A stretch of 64,000 nucleotides of DNA, from contig CAZTRD010000003.1 of the NCBI GenBank assembly GCA_964616145.1, positions 5,892 to 69,891 on the forward strand, in the 5' to 3' direction. This DNA is from an uncultured Candidatus Saccharibacteria bacterium. GTDB lineage: Bacteria > Patescibacteriota > Minisyncoccia > Minisyncoccales > PEYH01. Positions within the stretch are counted from its first letter, which is position 1, and every line of letters starts with the position of its first letter. Shown here in pieces: positions 24,255 through 33,128 of the stretch. The position numbers and the translations under genes are program-made. Under the pieces are notes generated by a model. The model saw nothing but the letters and a program-made list of their open reading frames with translations. It did no database searches and was not told where the DNA came from.

Positions 24255-25526
24255 ATGGCTAAAAAGCGATTAAAACCTAAAAGAAAAACTGTTAAGAAAA
24301 CTCTTAAGGTTAAAGCAAAACCAGTTGCTCCAGTAATTGAGCAATTAAAAAATCCCAAGGTCAAAGTTATCGGCATAGGGGGAGGGGGTTGTTCTATTGT
24401 CAGTGAAATTGCCAAGATTTTTGCAACAAAGAGATTGCCATCTCATGGCGCTCCTGAATTCATTGTAGCCAATGTTGATTACAAGGCCTTAAAAGTTGTC
24501 CCTCATCAAACCAAAAAATTCTACTTTGGCCAGGATATTACTTACGGATTAGGATGCGGAATGAATCCTGACTTAGGAGAACAAGCCGCCAATCAGGTTA
24601 AAGAAAAAATCAAGAAAGAATTAAGCAAGGCAGACCTTTGCATATTCATTTCTTCTCTTGGGGGAGGAACAGGATCCGGAGCCACTCCGGTTTTTGTGGA
24701 AGCAGCTGCTTCTTTAAATCTGATCAATATTGGAATATTGACCCTTCCTTTTAAATTTGAGGGGGGAAGAAGAATGGGAATAGCTAAAGATGCCGTCAAG
24801 AAGATTAAAACTGGATTGAATGCTTTTTCTGTAATTCCTAATCAAAAGATTTTTGAGATAATTGATGCCAAAACATCTTTAAAGGACGCCTTATCCTCAA
24901 TGAACAGAATTTTAGCTCAGAATCTGGAGGGGCTGATTGATTTGGTATATTCAACCGGAACAATTAATCTTGATTTTGCTGATTTAAGAAGCGTTTTAAA
25001 AGAGAAAGACAGATCTGCTTTTCTTGGAAGCGCAACAGCTAGCGGGAATAACAGGGCAAAAAGAGCGGTTGACCAATTAACCAAGAATCGTTTGCTGGAC
25101 TACAAATTTGAAACAGCTCAGAAATTTCTCTTTAATATCGCTGGCTCAAAGACTATGAAAATGAGGGAGGTTGAAGAGGTCTGCAAAAACATTTTCCAAT
25201 TCAATCCCAAAGCCCAGATAATATTTGGGATAACTCAAAAGCCGGAAATGAAAAACAAGATCAGGGTAACCTTGTTGGCCGTGGAAGGAGAAACGCCAAA
25301 AGAAGAAAAACCTCAGGAAGTAAAAGAGGTTAAGAAAACAAAAGGAAAGAAGGGAAAAGGCAAGAAAGATGAAGCGAAGAAAGCAATTCCGAAAACAACA
25401 TCAAAGATTAGGATAAGGAGAAATGCTTTGGATCTGCATCAAATGGCAAAAGACAGCGAAGATGAGCTTTTGGAAGAAGAAAAGAAATGGGATATTCCGG
25501 CATTTTTAAGAAAATCAAAAGCATAA
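24255..25526 (+). CDS. ftsZ: Cell division protein FtsZ (basic N-terminal extension, Lys-rich linker)
   Basis: 'VIGIGGGGCSIV' and the tubulin signature 'GGGTGSGATPV', plus 'NLDFADLRSVL'. The C-terminal peptide 'WDIPAFLRK' resembles the conserved FtsZ C-terminal tail. Confidence 0.9.
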   Translation: MAKKRLKPKRKTVKKTLKVKAKPVAPVIEQLKNPKVKVIGIGGGGCSIVSEIAKIFATKRLPSHGAPEFIVANVDYKALKVVPHQTKKFYFGQDITYGLGCGMNPDLGEQAANQVKEKIKKELSKADLCIFISSLGGGTGSGATPVFVEAAASLNLINIGILTLPFKFEGGRRMGIAKDAVKKIKTGLNAFSVIPNQKIFEIIDAKTSLKDALSSMNRILAQNLEGLIDLVYSTGTINLDFADLRSVLKEKDRSAFLGSATASGNNRAKRAVDQLTKNRLLDYKFETAQKFLFNIAGSKTMKMREVEEVCKNIFQFNPKAQIIFGITQKPEMKNKIRVTLLAVEGETPKEEKPQEVKEVKKTKGKKGKGKKDEAKKAIPKTTSKIRIRRNALDLHQMAKDSEDELLEEEKKWDIPAFLRKSKA

Positions 25527-25529
25527 AAA

Positions 25530-26393
25530 ATGAATGAGATTACAAGGGCGATAGTTCCAATTTCTACTTTTAATTCTAAATTCCTGCCGCTTTCGCGGAT
25601 TTTTCCTAAAGCGGCTTGTCCTGTTGCAGACAAACCGATAATTCATTATCTGGTTGAAGAAATTAGAAATTCAGGGATAAATGAAATTGTTTTTGTTTTG
25701 GATTCTTCTAAAAATACGATATTAAGATACTTTGATAGTCCGAAGGATTTTGAAGCAGTTTTAAAGAAAAATAACAGAGAAGATGTTTTAAAAGATTTGG
25801 AAGAACTTTCCAAATTAACAAAGAATTTAAAGATTGTGACGATTAATCAAGCAAGGCCTGTGAGTAGTGCTCATGCAATACTTTTAGCAGCTGAGAAAAC
25901 TTCTTTTGCTTCAGCAGCAATTCTTTTTGCCGATTATCTGATAGATGCAGAGGAGCCCTGCACCAGTCAATTGATCAAGATATTTAAAACCTCCCAAAGA
26001 CCGATCTTGGGACTAGCCAGAGTTGGGAAGGATAGAGAATACAATACGGTTGATGTTGAGATAATCGCCAAAAGAGTTTCTAAAATCAAGCAGATTCATT
26101 TAGCCAATTCAAAACATTCTTCTGAATTGGGAATAATCGGAAGATATATTTTTACCAAAGAATTTTTTGAATATTTAAAACAGGAAAAAAATCATTTGAA
26201 GGAAAATCTTGCTATTTTTGATGCTTTTAACAAGATGATGGCTGATGGAAAGAGCATCTATGGTTATGAATTTGAAGGAACAATGCTAGAATGTAATAAT
26301 AAGATAAACTGGATGAAAGCCAATGCCTATTACTCTTTGAAAGATTCTAGGCACGGTTCTGAAATTAAATCTTTTATCAAAAAAATCATATGA
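25530..26393 (+). CDS. Sugar-nucleotidyltransferase (GalU/UTP-glucose-1-phosphate uridylyltransferase-like), divergent
   Basis: 'AIVPISTFNSKFLPLSRIFPKAACPVADKPIIHYLVEEIRNSGINEIVFV' aligns with the GalU N-terminus (A.IPAAGLGTRFLPATKA.PKEMLP.VDKP.IQY.VEEA). The Gly-rich loop GxGTR is replaced by STFNSK. Confidence 0.55.
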   Translation: MNEITRAIVPISTFNSKFLPLSRIFPKAACPVADKPIIHYLVEEIRNSGINEIVFVLDSSKNTILRYFDSPKDFEAVLKKNNREDVLKDLEELSKLTKNLKIVTINQARPVSSAHAILLAAEKTSFASAAILFADYLIDAEEPCTSQLIKIFKTSQRPILGLARVGKDREYNTVDVEIIAKRVSKIKQIHLANSKHSSELGIIGRYIFTKEFFEYLKQEKNHLKENLAIFDAFNKMMADGKSIYGYEFEGTMLECNNKINWMKANAYYSLKDSRHGSEIKSFIKKII

Positions 26394-27334
26394 CAATTCA
26401 CGGATTCTACGACACCATCATTATCGGAGGAGGACCGGCGGGAATAACTGCCGCTCTTTACGCTGCCAGGCAGAAAATGAATGCTTTAATCGTTACCAAG
26501 GCATTCGGAGGACAGATTACAAGAAAAGTTACTCCGGTAGAAAACTGGCCGGGCATAGTTCAGATAACAGGAACTGAATTGATTCATAATTTTCAGAAAC
26601 ATTTAAGAAGACATAAGATTGATATTGAGAGAGACGAAGTTTCAAAAATTAAAAAAGTTAAAAACTATTTTTGCATTACGACAAAAAGTAAAAATCATTT
26701 TAAAACATACTCGGTAATTGTAGCTACTGGAGCAGACCCAAGGCAATTGGAGGTTGAGGGAGAACAGCATTTTGTCGGCAAAGGGGTCAGCTATTGTCCT
26801 TTATGCGATGGTCCTTTGTTTTATAATAAAGATGTGGCTGTAATTGGAGGAGGGAATTCTGCTTTGGAAGCAGTAATACTATTATCTAAATATACAAAAT
26901 CTGTGACCATTCTTGAATCCCAGGATAAATTGGCGGCTTTTAGGGATCTGCAGGACAGGGCAATGGCTACAAAAAAGGTAAAGGTATTGACTAATATAAA
27001 AGTATTAAAGATTGAAGGGAACAAAACAGTAGAAAAAATAATCTTTGAGGATAAGCTGACAAAGAAGAAAAAGGAATTGGCAATAGATGGAATATTTATC
27101 GAGATAGGGAATCAACCGGCAACATCCTTTTTAAAGGATTTGGTTGATTTCAGTAAAAAAGATGAGATAAAGATAAATCCGAGAAATTGCGAAACTAGAA
27201 CTGAAGGATTGTTTGCCTGCGGAGATGTAACAGATGTATTTCCAAAACAGATAGTTGTTGCTGCCGGGGAGGGAACAAAAGCAGCAGTCAATGCATATAA
27301 TTATGTACAAACAGTAAAAAATGCTGGGGCTTAA
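26390..27334 (+). CDS. trxB: Thioredoxin-disulfide reductase
   Basis: FAD motif 'IIGGGPAGITAALYAAR', redox-active 'CPLCDG', NADPH motif 'VIGGGNSALEAV' and C-terminal 'GLFACGDV'. Confidence 0.9.
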   Translation: MTIHGFYDTIIIGGGPAGITAALYAARQKMNALIVTKAFGGQITRKVTPVENWPGIVQITGTELIHNFQKHLRRHKIDIERDEVSKIKKVKNYFCITTKSKNHFKTYSVIVATGADPRQLEVEGEQHFVGKGVSYCPLCDGPLFYNKDVAVIGGGNSALEAVILLSKYTKSVTILESQDKLAAFRDLQDRAMATKKVKVLTNIKVLKIEGNKTVEKIIFEDKLTKKKKELAIDGIFIEIGNQPATSFLKDLVDFSKKDEIKINPRNCETRTEGLFACGDVTDVFPKQIVVAAGEGTKAAVNAYNYVQTVKNAGA

Positions 27335-28583
27335 TCCTAAAATTAAATCAGTTGTTGCCAGAGAAATACTGGATTCAAGAGGGAATCCTACTATTGAAGT
27401 GAAAATGGAAGCAGGGGATTTTTCTGCTAAAGCCAGCGTTCCTTCTGGCGCATCGGTAGGAGAAAAAGAGGCAAAAGAATTAAGAGATGGAGATCCAACC
27501 AGATTTTCTGGTTTAGGAGTATTAAATGCGGTTAATAGTATAAATGAAAAAGTATATAAGTCATTGATCGGGTGTGATCCTAAAGATCAGAAAAAAATAG
27601 ATGAGATTTTAATTAATCTTGATGGAACAAAAGATAAATCAAAATTAGGAGTCAATACTATTGCAGCCATTTCCATGGCTGCTGCAAGATTGGGAGCCAA
27701 TACAAAGAATTTTCCTCTATGGAGGCATATAGCTCAGATTGCCCAATCAAGCAATATTAATTCTCCCAAGCTTCCAAAACCGGCTTTTAATATTGTAAAC
27801 GGAGGAGCTCATGCTGGAAGCGAACTTCCTATCCAGGAATTCATGGTGGTTCCATATTTTGATTCCATTGAAAGCAATATCAGAGCCGGAGCAGAAATTT
27901 ATCATCATTTAAAAAATATCATCAAGGAAGAATTTGGAAAAACAGCGACAAATATTGGAGATGAGGGGGGATTTGCTCCTCCTACATCATCTCCATACGT
28001 GATTCTTGAATTGATAATGAAAGCAATTAATAGATTGCCAAACAGAAGCTCGGAGATTAAATTGATTCTTGATTGCGCCGCTTCCCAATTTCAGAAAGGC
28101 GGACAGTATATTATGTCCAATCAAATCTATTCCAATAATGGCTTATTGGAATTCTACAAAAACCTCATCTTTAAATATCCGATTATAGCCCTGGAGGATC
28201 CCTTTGATGAAAATGATTGGAAAGGATTCCAAATGATTCAGGAGGAATTCGGAAAAAAGATAACGGTAATCGGTGATGATCTTTTGACTACCAATGTTTC
28301 AAGGATAATAGAGGCAAAAGAAAAAGCCGCCTGCAATGGAGCAATAATAAAAATAAATCAGGTAGGGACTGTAAGCGAAGCAATTGAGGCCGTAAGTACA
28401 GCTAAATCATTTGGCTGGCAGATAATGGTATCTCATAGATCAGGAGAAACTTGTGATGATTTTATCTCTGATTTCTCCGTAGGAATCAGCTCTAATTTCA
28501 TTAAAGCCGGAGCTCCGGCCAGAGGAGAAAGAGTAGCTAAGTATAATAGACTGCTTGAGATAGAAAAAGAATTACAGATATAA
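27321..28583 (+). CDS. eno: Enolase
   Basis: 'ILDSRGNPTIEV', 'SVPSGASVGEKEA' and the signature 'IKINQVGTVSEA...SHRSGET'. Confidence 0.95.
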   Translation: MLGLNPKIKSVVAREILDSRGNPTIEVKMEAGDFSAKASVPSGASVGEKEAKELRDGDPTRFSGLGVLNAVNSINEKVYKSLIGCDPKDQKKIDEILINLDGTKDKSKLGVNTIAAISMAAARLGANTKNFPLWRHIAQIAQSSNINSPKLPKPAFNIVNGGAHAGSELPIQEFMVVPYFDSIESNIRAGAEIYHHLKNIIKEEFGKTATNIGDEGGFAPPTSSPYVILELIMKAINRLPNRSSEIKLILDCAASQFQKGGQYIMSNQIYSNNGLLEFYKNLIFKYPIIALEDPFDENDWKGFQMIQEEFGKKITVIGDDLLTTNVSRIIEAKEKAACNGAIIKINQVGTVSEAIEAVSTAKSFGWQIMVSHRSGETCDDFISDFSVGISSNFIKAGAPARGERVAKYNRLLEIEKELQI

Positions 28584-28587
28584 TCAT

Positions 28588-29784
28588 ATGAAAAAAATAA
28601 TATTCATTGTAATTGATGGAATGGCCGATAATCCAGTAAAATTATTTGGCGGAAAAACTACTTTGGAAGCGGCTAGAACTCCAAATCTTGATCTTATGGC
28701 AAAGAACGGGCTTTGCGGATCTTTGGAGCCATTCATGTTTGATGAGCAGGAAGCGCCGACTTCCGAAGATACCCATATTGCTCTTTTTGGTTTTGATCCG
28801 AAAAGATACAGCCAGGGCAGGGGAATATTTGAGGCCCTGGGAGCCGGAATTCCTTTAAAATCAAGGGATGTGGCTTTAAGGATTAATTTTGCTACGGTTG
28901 ATAGCAATTTAACCGTTAAAGACAGAAGGGCCGGGAGGATAGAAAATACGCAAACCCTAATCAATGATTTAAACAGGATAAAGATAAAGGGAGTGAAAAT
29001 ATTTGTAAAAAAGGCCTGGGGACATAGGGCAGTATTAAGATTAAGGTCTGATAAGGATATCTCTCCTGAAGTTACGAGCAATGACCCAAGAGAAATTTCA
29101 AAGCAGCCCTTGAAGTTTAAGGCAAAGAATAAGACGAGGTCCGCTATTTTTACAGCTCAAGTTCTAAATGAATTTATTTTAAAATCCCACGAAATATTAA
29201 AAAATAATTTTATCAATCAGGAAAGGAAGAAATTAGGGCTTCCTCCTGCTAATTTCTTGCTTTTGCGAGGAGCTGGAAGATTTAAAAAACTTCCTTCCTT
29301 TAAAAAGGTTTGGGGATTGAAGGCCTGTTGTATAGCTGGAGGAAATTTATATAAGGGAATAGCTAAATTCCTTGGGATGGAATTGATAAAAGTAAAAGGA
29401 GCTAATGGGGGAATAGATACCAATCTTAAGGAAAAGATTCTTACTGCTAAAAAATGCTTGAAGAAAAATGATTTTATCTTCTTGCATATAAAAGCGGCTG
29501 ATTGCTTGGCAGAAGACGGAAATTGCGCAGGGAAGAAATCATTTATTGAGAAAATAGACAGGCATTTAAAACCATTGCTTGATCTGAAGAATTCATATAT
29601 AATAATAACTTGCGATCATAAAACAGCTTGCGAGAAAAAGATGCATGCTAAAGGAAATGTTCCTTTCTTGATATATGGAGACGGAAATAACGGGATAGAA
29701 AGCTTTTCTGAAGACAGCTGCAAGAAATTAGTCATGCCAGCCAGGTCTTTTATCAAATTCATTCTTGATTTGCAAAAAAAATAA
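28588..29784 (+). CDS. apgM: Cofactor-independent phosphoglycerate mutase, archaeal type
   Basis: 'IFIVIDGMADNP...GKTTLEAARTPNLD' and a C-terminal 'ITCDHKT' metal-binding motif. About 400 aa, adjacent to eno. Confidence 0.8.
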   Translation: MKKIIFIVIDGMADNPVKLFGGKTTLEAARTPNLDLMAKNGLCGSLEPFMFDEQEAPTSEDTHIALFGFDPKRYSQGRGIFEALGAGIPLKSRDVALRINFATVDSNLTVKDRRAGRIENTQTLINDLNRIKIKGVKIFVKKAWGHRAVLRLRSDKDISPEVTSNDPREISKQPLKFKAKNKTRSAIFTAQVLNEFILKSHEILKNNFINQERKKLGLPPANFLLLRGAGRFKKLPSFKKVWGLKACCIAGGNLYKGIAKFLGMELIKVKGANGGIDTNLKEKILTAKKCLKKNDFIFLHIKAADCLAEDGNCAGKKSFIEKIDRHLKPLLDLKNSYIIITCDHKTACEKKMHAKGNVPFLIYGDGNNGIESFSEDSCKKLVMPARSFIKFILDLQKK

Positions 29785-29874
29785 TATCTGCTAATATTAA
29801 AAATAAAAAGACAGGGGAAGAGAGTAGATAATTAAAATTAATCATCTATCATCAACACTCTGTTCTAAAAACAT

Positions 29875-30855
29875 ATGGAAAAACAAAAAGGTATAACCTT
29901 TGCAGTGATAGCCCTAGAAGCCCTAGCAATTATTGTCTTAGGCGCTCTATTACTCCAATCAGGAGGAAGCATAGTAGGAATGTCTGCTGATAAAGCAGGG
30001 AAGTTGGCAGTTGATTACATCAACGAAAACTTCGGAAACGGAGAAAAACCAGCTTCTTTTATATCTGCTTCTTCGGAGAGTGGCGTGTATAAGATAGTGT
30101 TAAACTACAGCGGAACAGAATACACTTCCTACGTTACCAAGAATGGAAAACTTTTCTTTACAGAGGGTATCAATATGAAGCCAGCAGAAGCTAAGGAATT
30201 TACAAAAACAGACAAGCCGACCATAGATTTATTTACCATGGCCTTCTGTCCATTCGGCAATGAGGCAGAAGCTACTATAATGCCTGTTGTTGATTTATTA
30301 GGAGATAAAATAAATGCTAATCTCCATTATATTTTCTATGGAAATTATGGAAATCCAGAACAATCTTCAGAATATTGCTATGATGAAGAGAGAGTATATT
30401 GTTCAATGCATGGAATTCAGGAGTTGAATCAGGATATCAGAGAATTATGCGTTGCTAAATATGAACCAAGCAAATTATGGGACTTTATCGCAGATATCAA
30501 TGCTGATACAGATTCTACTAATGTAGATAGTAAATGGGAGGGGATTGCGACAAAGCTTGGAATTGATACGGCTAAGATCAAGGATTGCTACAAAAACGAA
30601 GCTGAAACATTCTTAAAATCAGAAATGGAATTGACTGGCAAAGAATATCCAGTTCAGGATCCAGCCCAAAACAAAGGAGAAGGGGAATCAAAGATAGCCG
30701 GTTCGCCAACATTTGTAATCAATGGAATGATTTACAGCGGAGCGAGAACTCCAGAGGATGTGAAACAGGCTATTTGTTCTGCTTTCAAAACAGCGCCGGC
30801 AGAATGCAGCCAGGAATTAAACGCTACATCAACTGCTGCTGATGGATCCTGCTAA
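29875..30855 (+). CDS. Membrane-anchored DsbA/thioredoxin-fold protein (CPFG instead of CxxC)
   Basis: N-terminal TM helix. 'DLFTMAFCPFGNEAE' occupies the position of the CxxC motif. The C-terminal 'AGSPTFVINGMIYSGARTPEDV' is the DsbA-family cis-Pro region. Confidence 0.55.
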   Translation: MEKQKGITFAVIALEALAIIVLGALLLQSGGSIVGMSADKAGKLAVDYINENFGNGEKPASFISASSESGVYKIVLNYSGTEYTSYVTKNGKLFFTEGINMKPAEAKEFTKTDKPTIDLFTMAFCPFGNEAEATIMPVVDLLGDKINANLHYIFYGNYGNPEQSSEYCYDEERVYCSMHGIQELNQDIRELCVAKYEPSKLWDFIADINADTDSTNVDSKWEGIATKLGIDTAKIKDCYKNEAETFLKSEMELTGKEYPVQDPAQNKGEGESKIAGSPTFVINGMIYSGARTPEDVKQAICSAFKTAPAECSQELNATSTAADGSC

Positions 30856-30860
30856 TCGAT

Positions 30861-31100
30861 ATGGCTAAAATAAAGGTATATTCAACCCAGATGTGTCCCT
30901 ATTGCGTAATGGCAAAAACATATCTTAAGGATAAAGGATTTGAATACGAGGATTTGGATGTTTCTTCAAACCCAGAAGCCTTAAAGGAATTGCAAGCTAA
31001 AACCAATGCCTTAAGCGTACCGGTACTGGATATAGATGGGGAGATAATAATGGGATTTGATAGAGATAGAATAAATACATTGCTTGGAATTAAGGAATAA
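30861..31100 (+). CDS. Glutaredoxin-like protein (NrdH/YruB type)
   Basis: 'KVYSTQMCPYCVMAKTYL' carries the CPYC active site. 'SVPVLDIDGEIIMGFD' follows. 79 aa. Confidence 0.85.
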   Translation: MAKIKVYSTQMCPYCVMAKTYLKDKGFEYEDLDVSSNPEALKELQAKTNALSVPVLDIDGEIIMGFDRDRINTLLGIKE

Positions 31101-31110
31101 ATAGAATACA

Positions 31111-31145
31111 AACCCATCGCTGAAAGGCGATGGGTTTTGTTTTAT
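31111..31145 (+). terminator. Intrinsic terminator
   Basis: AACCCAUCGC-ugaaag-GCGAUGGGUU perfect 10-bp stem followed by UUGUUUUAU. Confidence 0.8.
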
Positions 31146-31170
31146 CTTCAAATGCTATATAATTATATAT

Positions 31171-31788
31171 ATGCTTAATCTTGAAAAAACCTTAGAGTTG
31201 TTGAAAAAGTACGATATCCCTTTTGCCCAAACAAGAAAGGTAAAAAATCTTTCTGAAGTTCTTTTGTTTGTTAAGGAATATGATTATCCTGTTGTTTTAA
31301 AAATATTCTCAGAAAAAATATTGCATAAAACAGACAAAGGAGGCGTGTTTACCAATCTTAAAACCGAGGAAGAGGTTAAAAAAGCATTTCTGGGTCTTCA
31401 AAAGAAATTCCCAGGGATAGATATTTTGGTACAAAAACATATTCCTGGAACATATTTGATTGCTGGAGCAAAAAATGATCAAACTTTTGGTCCAACCATA
31501 TTATTCGGTTTGGGAGGTATTTTTGTAGAGATATTGAAATCAACAACAATCAGATTGGCTCCTGTTGATATGGCTGAGATTAAAAAAATGATAAAGGAAA
31601 ATTCAGGTTTTCCGATAATTTCCGGAGCTAGGGGACAAAAACCCATTAATTTTAAAAAATTAGAAAAAGTATTATTTAATCTTTCAAAAATGATTTGTTC
31701 TGAAACAAATATTAAAGAAATTGATATCAATCCGTTGGTTGCCAATGAAAAAGAAATAATAGCGGTGGATGTGAAAATAATAACATGA
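31171..31788 (+). CDS. ADP-forming acetyl-CoA synthetase, ATP-grasp (beta) subunit
   Basis: The ATP-grasp_5-like sequence 'YPVVLKIFSEKILHKTDKGGV' and 'GPTILFGLGGIFVEILKSTTIRLAP' is typical of the Acd beta domain. Overlaps the alpha subunit gene by 4 nt. Confidence 0.75.
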   Translation: MLNLEKTLELLKKYDIPFAQTRKVKNLSEVLLFVKEYDYPVVLKIFSEKILHKTDKGGVFTNLKTEEEVKKAFLGLQKKFPGIDILVQKHIPGTYLIAGAKNDQTFGPTILFGLGGIFVEILKSTTIRLAPVDMAEIKKMIKENSGFPIISGARGQKPINFKKLEKVLFNLSKMICSETNIKEIDINPLVANEKEIIAVDVKIIT

Positions 31789-33125
31789 ATTTAGATAAAG
31801 TATTCAATCCAAAAAGCGTAGCGATAATAGGGGCAAGTCAAAAAGCTTTTACCGTAGGTTTTGGCTTAAGCTACAATCTTTTTGAAGGAAAGAAATACAG
31901 AAAAATATATTTTGTTAATCCTTTCCAAAAACAGATATTTAAGAATAAAACATACGCCTCCGTAAAAGACATCAAAGAAAAGATAGATATGGCTGTCATT
32001 GCCGTACCGGCTGCTATTGTGGGAAAAGTATCTGTCGAATGCGTTGAGAAGAAGGTAGGAAGTGTAGTAATTATCAGCGCTGGATTTTCTGAAATTGGCA
32101 AAGAAGGGAAAATATTAGAGGAAAGGATTAAAAACATATTTGAAGCAGCCAATATTCCTTTGATCGGACCCAATTGTTTGGGGATAATAAGACCATCAAT
32201 ACAGTTTAATGCTACTTTTGCCCCTTCAACTCCAAAAAAAGGGGACATAGCATTCATTTCTCAATCGGGAGCATTGATAGATTCTGTAATCAGCCAAACT
32301 TTAAAAGAAAATTTTGGATTTTCATTGATTGTTTCATATGGAAACGAGGCAGGGGTAACTTTGCCTGAATTCTTGGAGTGGGCGGGGAGAGATAAGGAAA
32401 CAAAAGTAATTGTTTTGTATATTGAAGGATTAAAAGACGGAAGAAAATTCTTTGAGACCGCTAAAAAGGTATCAAAGAAAAAACCCATAATAGTTTTAAA
32501 AGGAGGGAAAAGCAAAAAGACATTAAAAACAGTTGCTTCGCATACTGGAGCATTAGCCGGAAACAATCAGATATATTCTGCAATGTTTAAACAGGCAGGG
32601 ATCGGGCAGGTAGATTCATTGGAGGAGCTATTTGATGCTGCCAAAGTATTATCCTGGCAGCCAAAATGCAAAAATGGCATAGCTGTTATTACAAACGGCG
32701 GGGGAGCGGGCATATTAACGGCTGACTATTGCGATAAGTTCAATATTAATCTTCCCTCGTTATCTTCTTTTACTAAAAAGATGATAGAAAAAAGCGGGAA
32801 AATGCATCCTGCCTGGTCTAAAGATAATCCGATAGATATAGTAGGAGATGCATTGAGCGACAGATATGCAATAGTTATTGATGCGGCTTTGAAACAGAAA
32901 AATATCAATGGATTGATTGTCATACAAAGTGCTCAGATAATGACTGAATCAAAGAAGAACGCTCAGGCGATCATACAAGCAAAGAAAAAATATCCGTCAA
33001 AACCAATTATTGCCGTGTTCATGGAAGATAACAAAGAAGTTTCTCAATTATTAGAGAAAAATAATATACCTAATTATTCAGATCCTCTAAGAGCAGTAAG
33101 AAGTTTTAAAGAATTAATTAATTAA
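31785..33125 (+). CDS. ADP-forming acetyl-CoA synthetase, CoA-binding/ligase (alpha) subunit
   Basis: 'FNPKSVAIIGAS' is the CoA-binding start. 'GPNCLGII', 'IAFISQSGAL' and 'ASHTGALAG' (phosphohistidine loop) are present. Confidence 0.85.
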   Translation: MNLDKVFNPKSVAIIGASQKAFTVGFGLSYNLFEGKKYRKIYFVNPFQKQIFKNKTYASVKDIKEKIDMAVIAVPAAIVGKVSVECVEKKVGSVVIISAGFSEIGKEGKILEERIKNIFEAANIPLIGPNCLGIIRPSIQFNATFAPSTPKKGDIAFISQSGALIDSVISQTLKENFGFSLIVSYGNEAGVTLPEFLEWAGRDKETKVIVLYIEGLKDGRKFFETAKKVSKKKPIIVLKGGKSKKTLKTVASHTGALAGNNQIYSAMFKQAGIGQVDSLEELFDAAKVLSWQPKCKNGIAVITNGGGAGILTADYCDKFNINLPSLSSFTKKMIEKSGKMHPAWSKDNPIDIVGDALSDRYAIVIDAALKQKNINGLIVIQSAQIMTESKKNAQAIIQAKKKYPSKPIIAVFMEDNKEVSQLLEKNNIPNYSDPLRAVRSFKELIN

Positions 33126-33128
33126 GAT

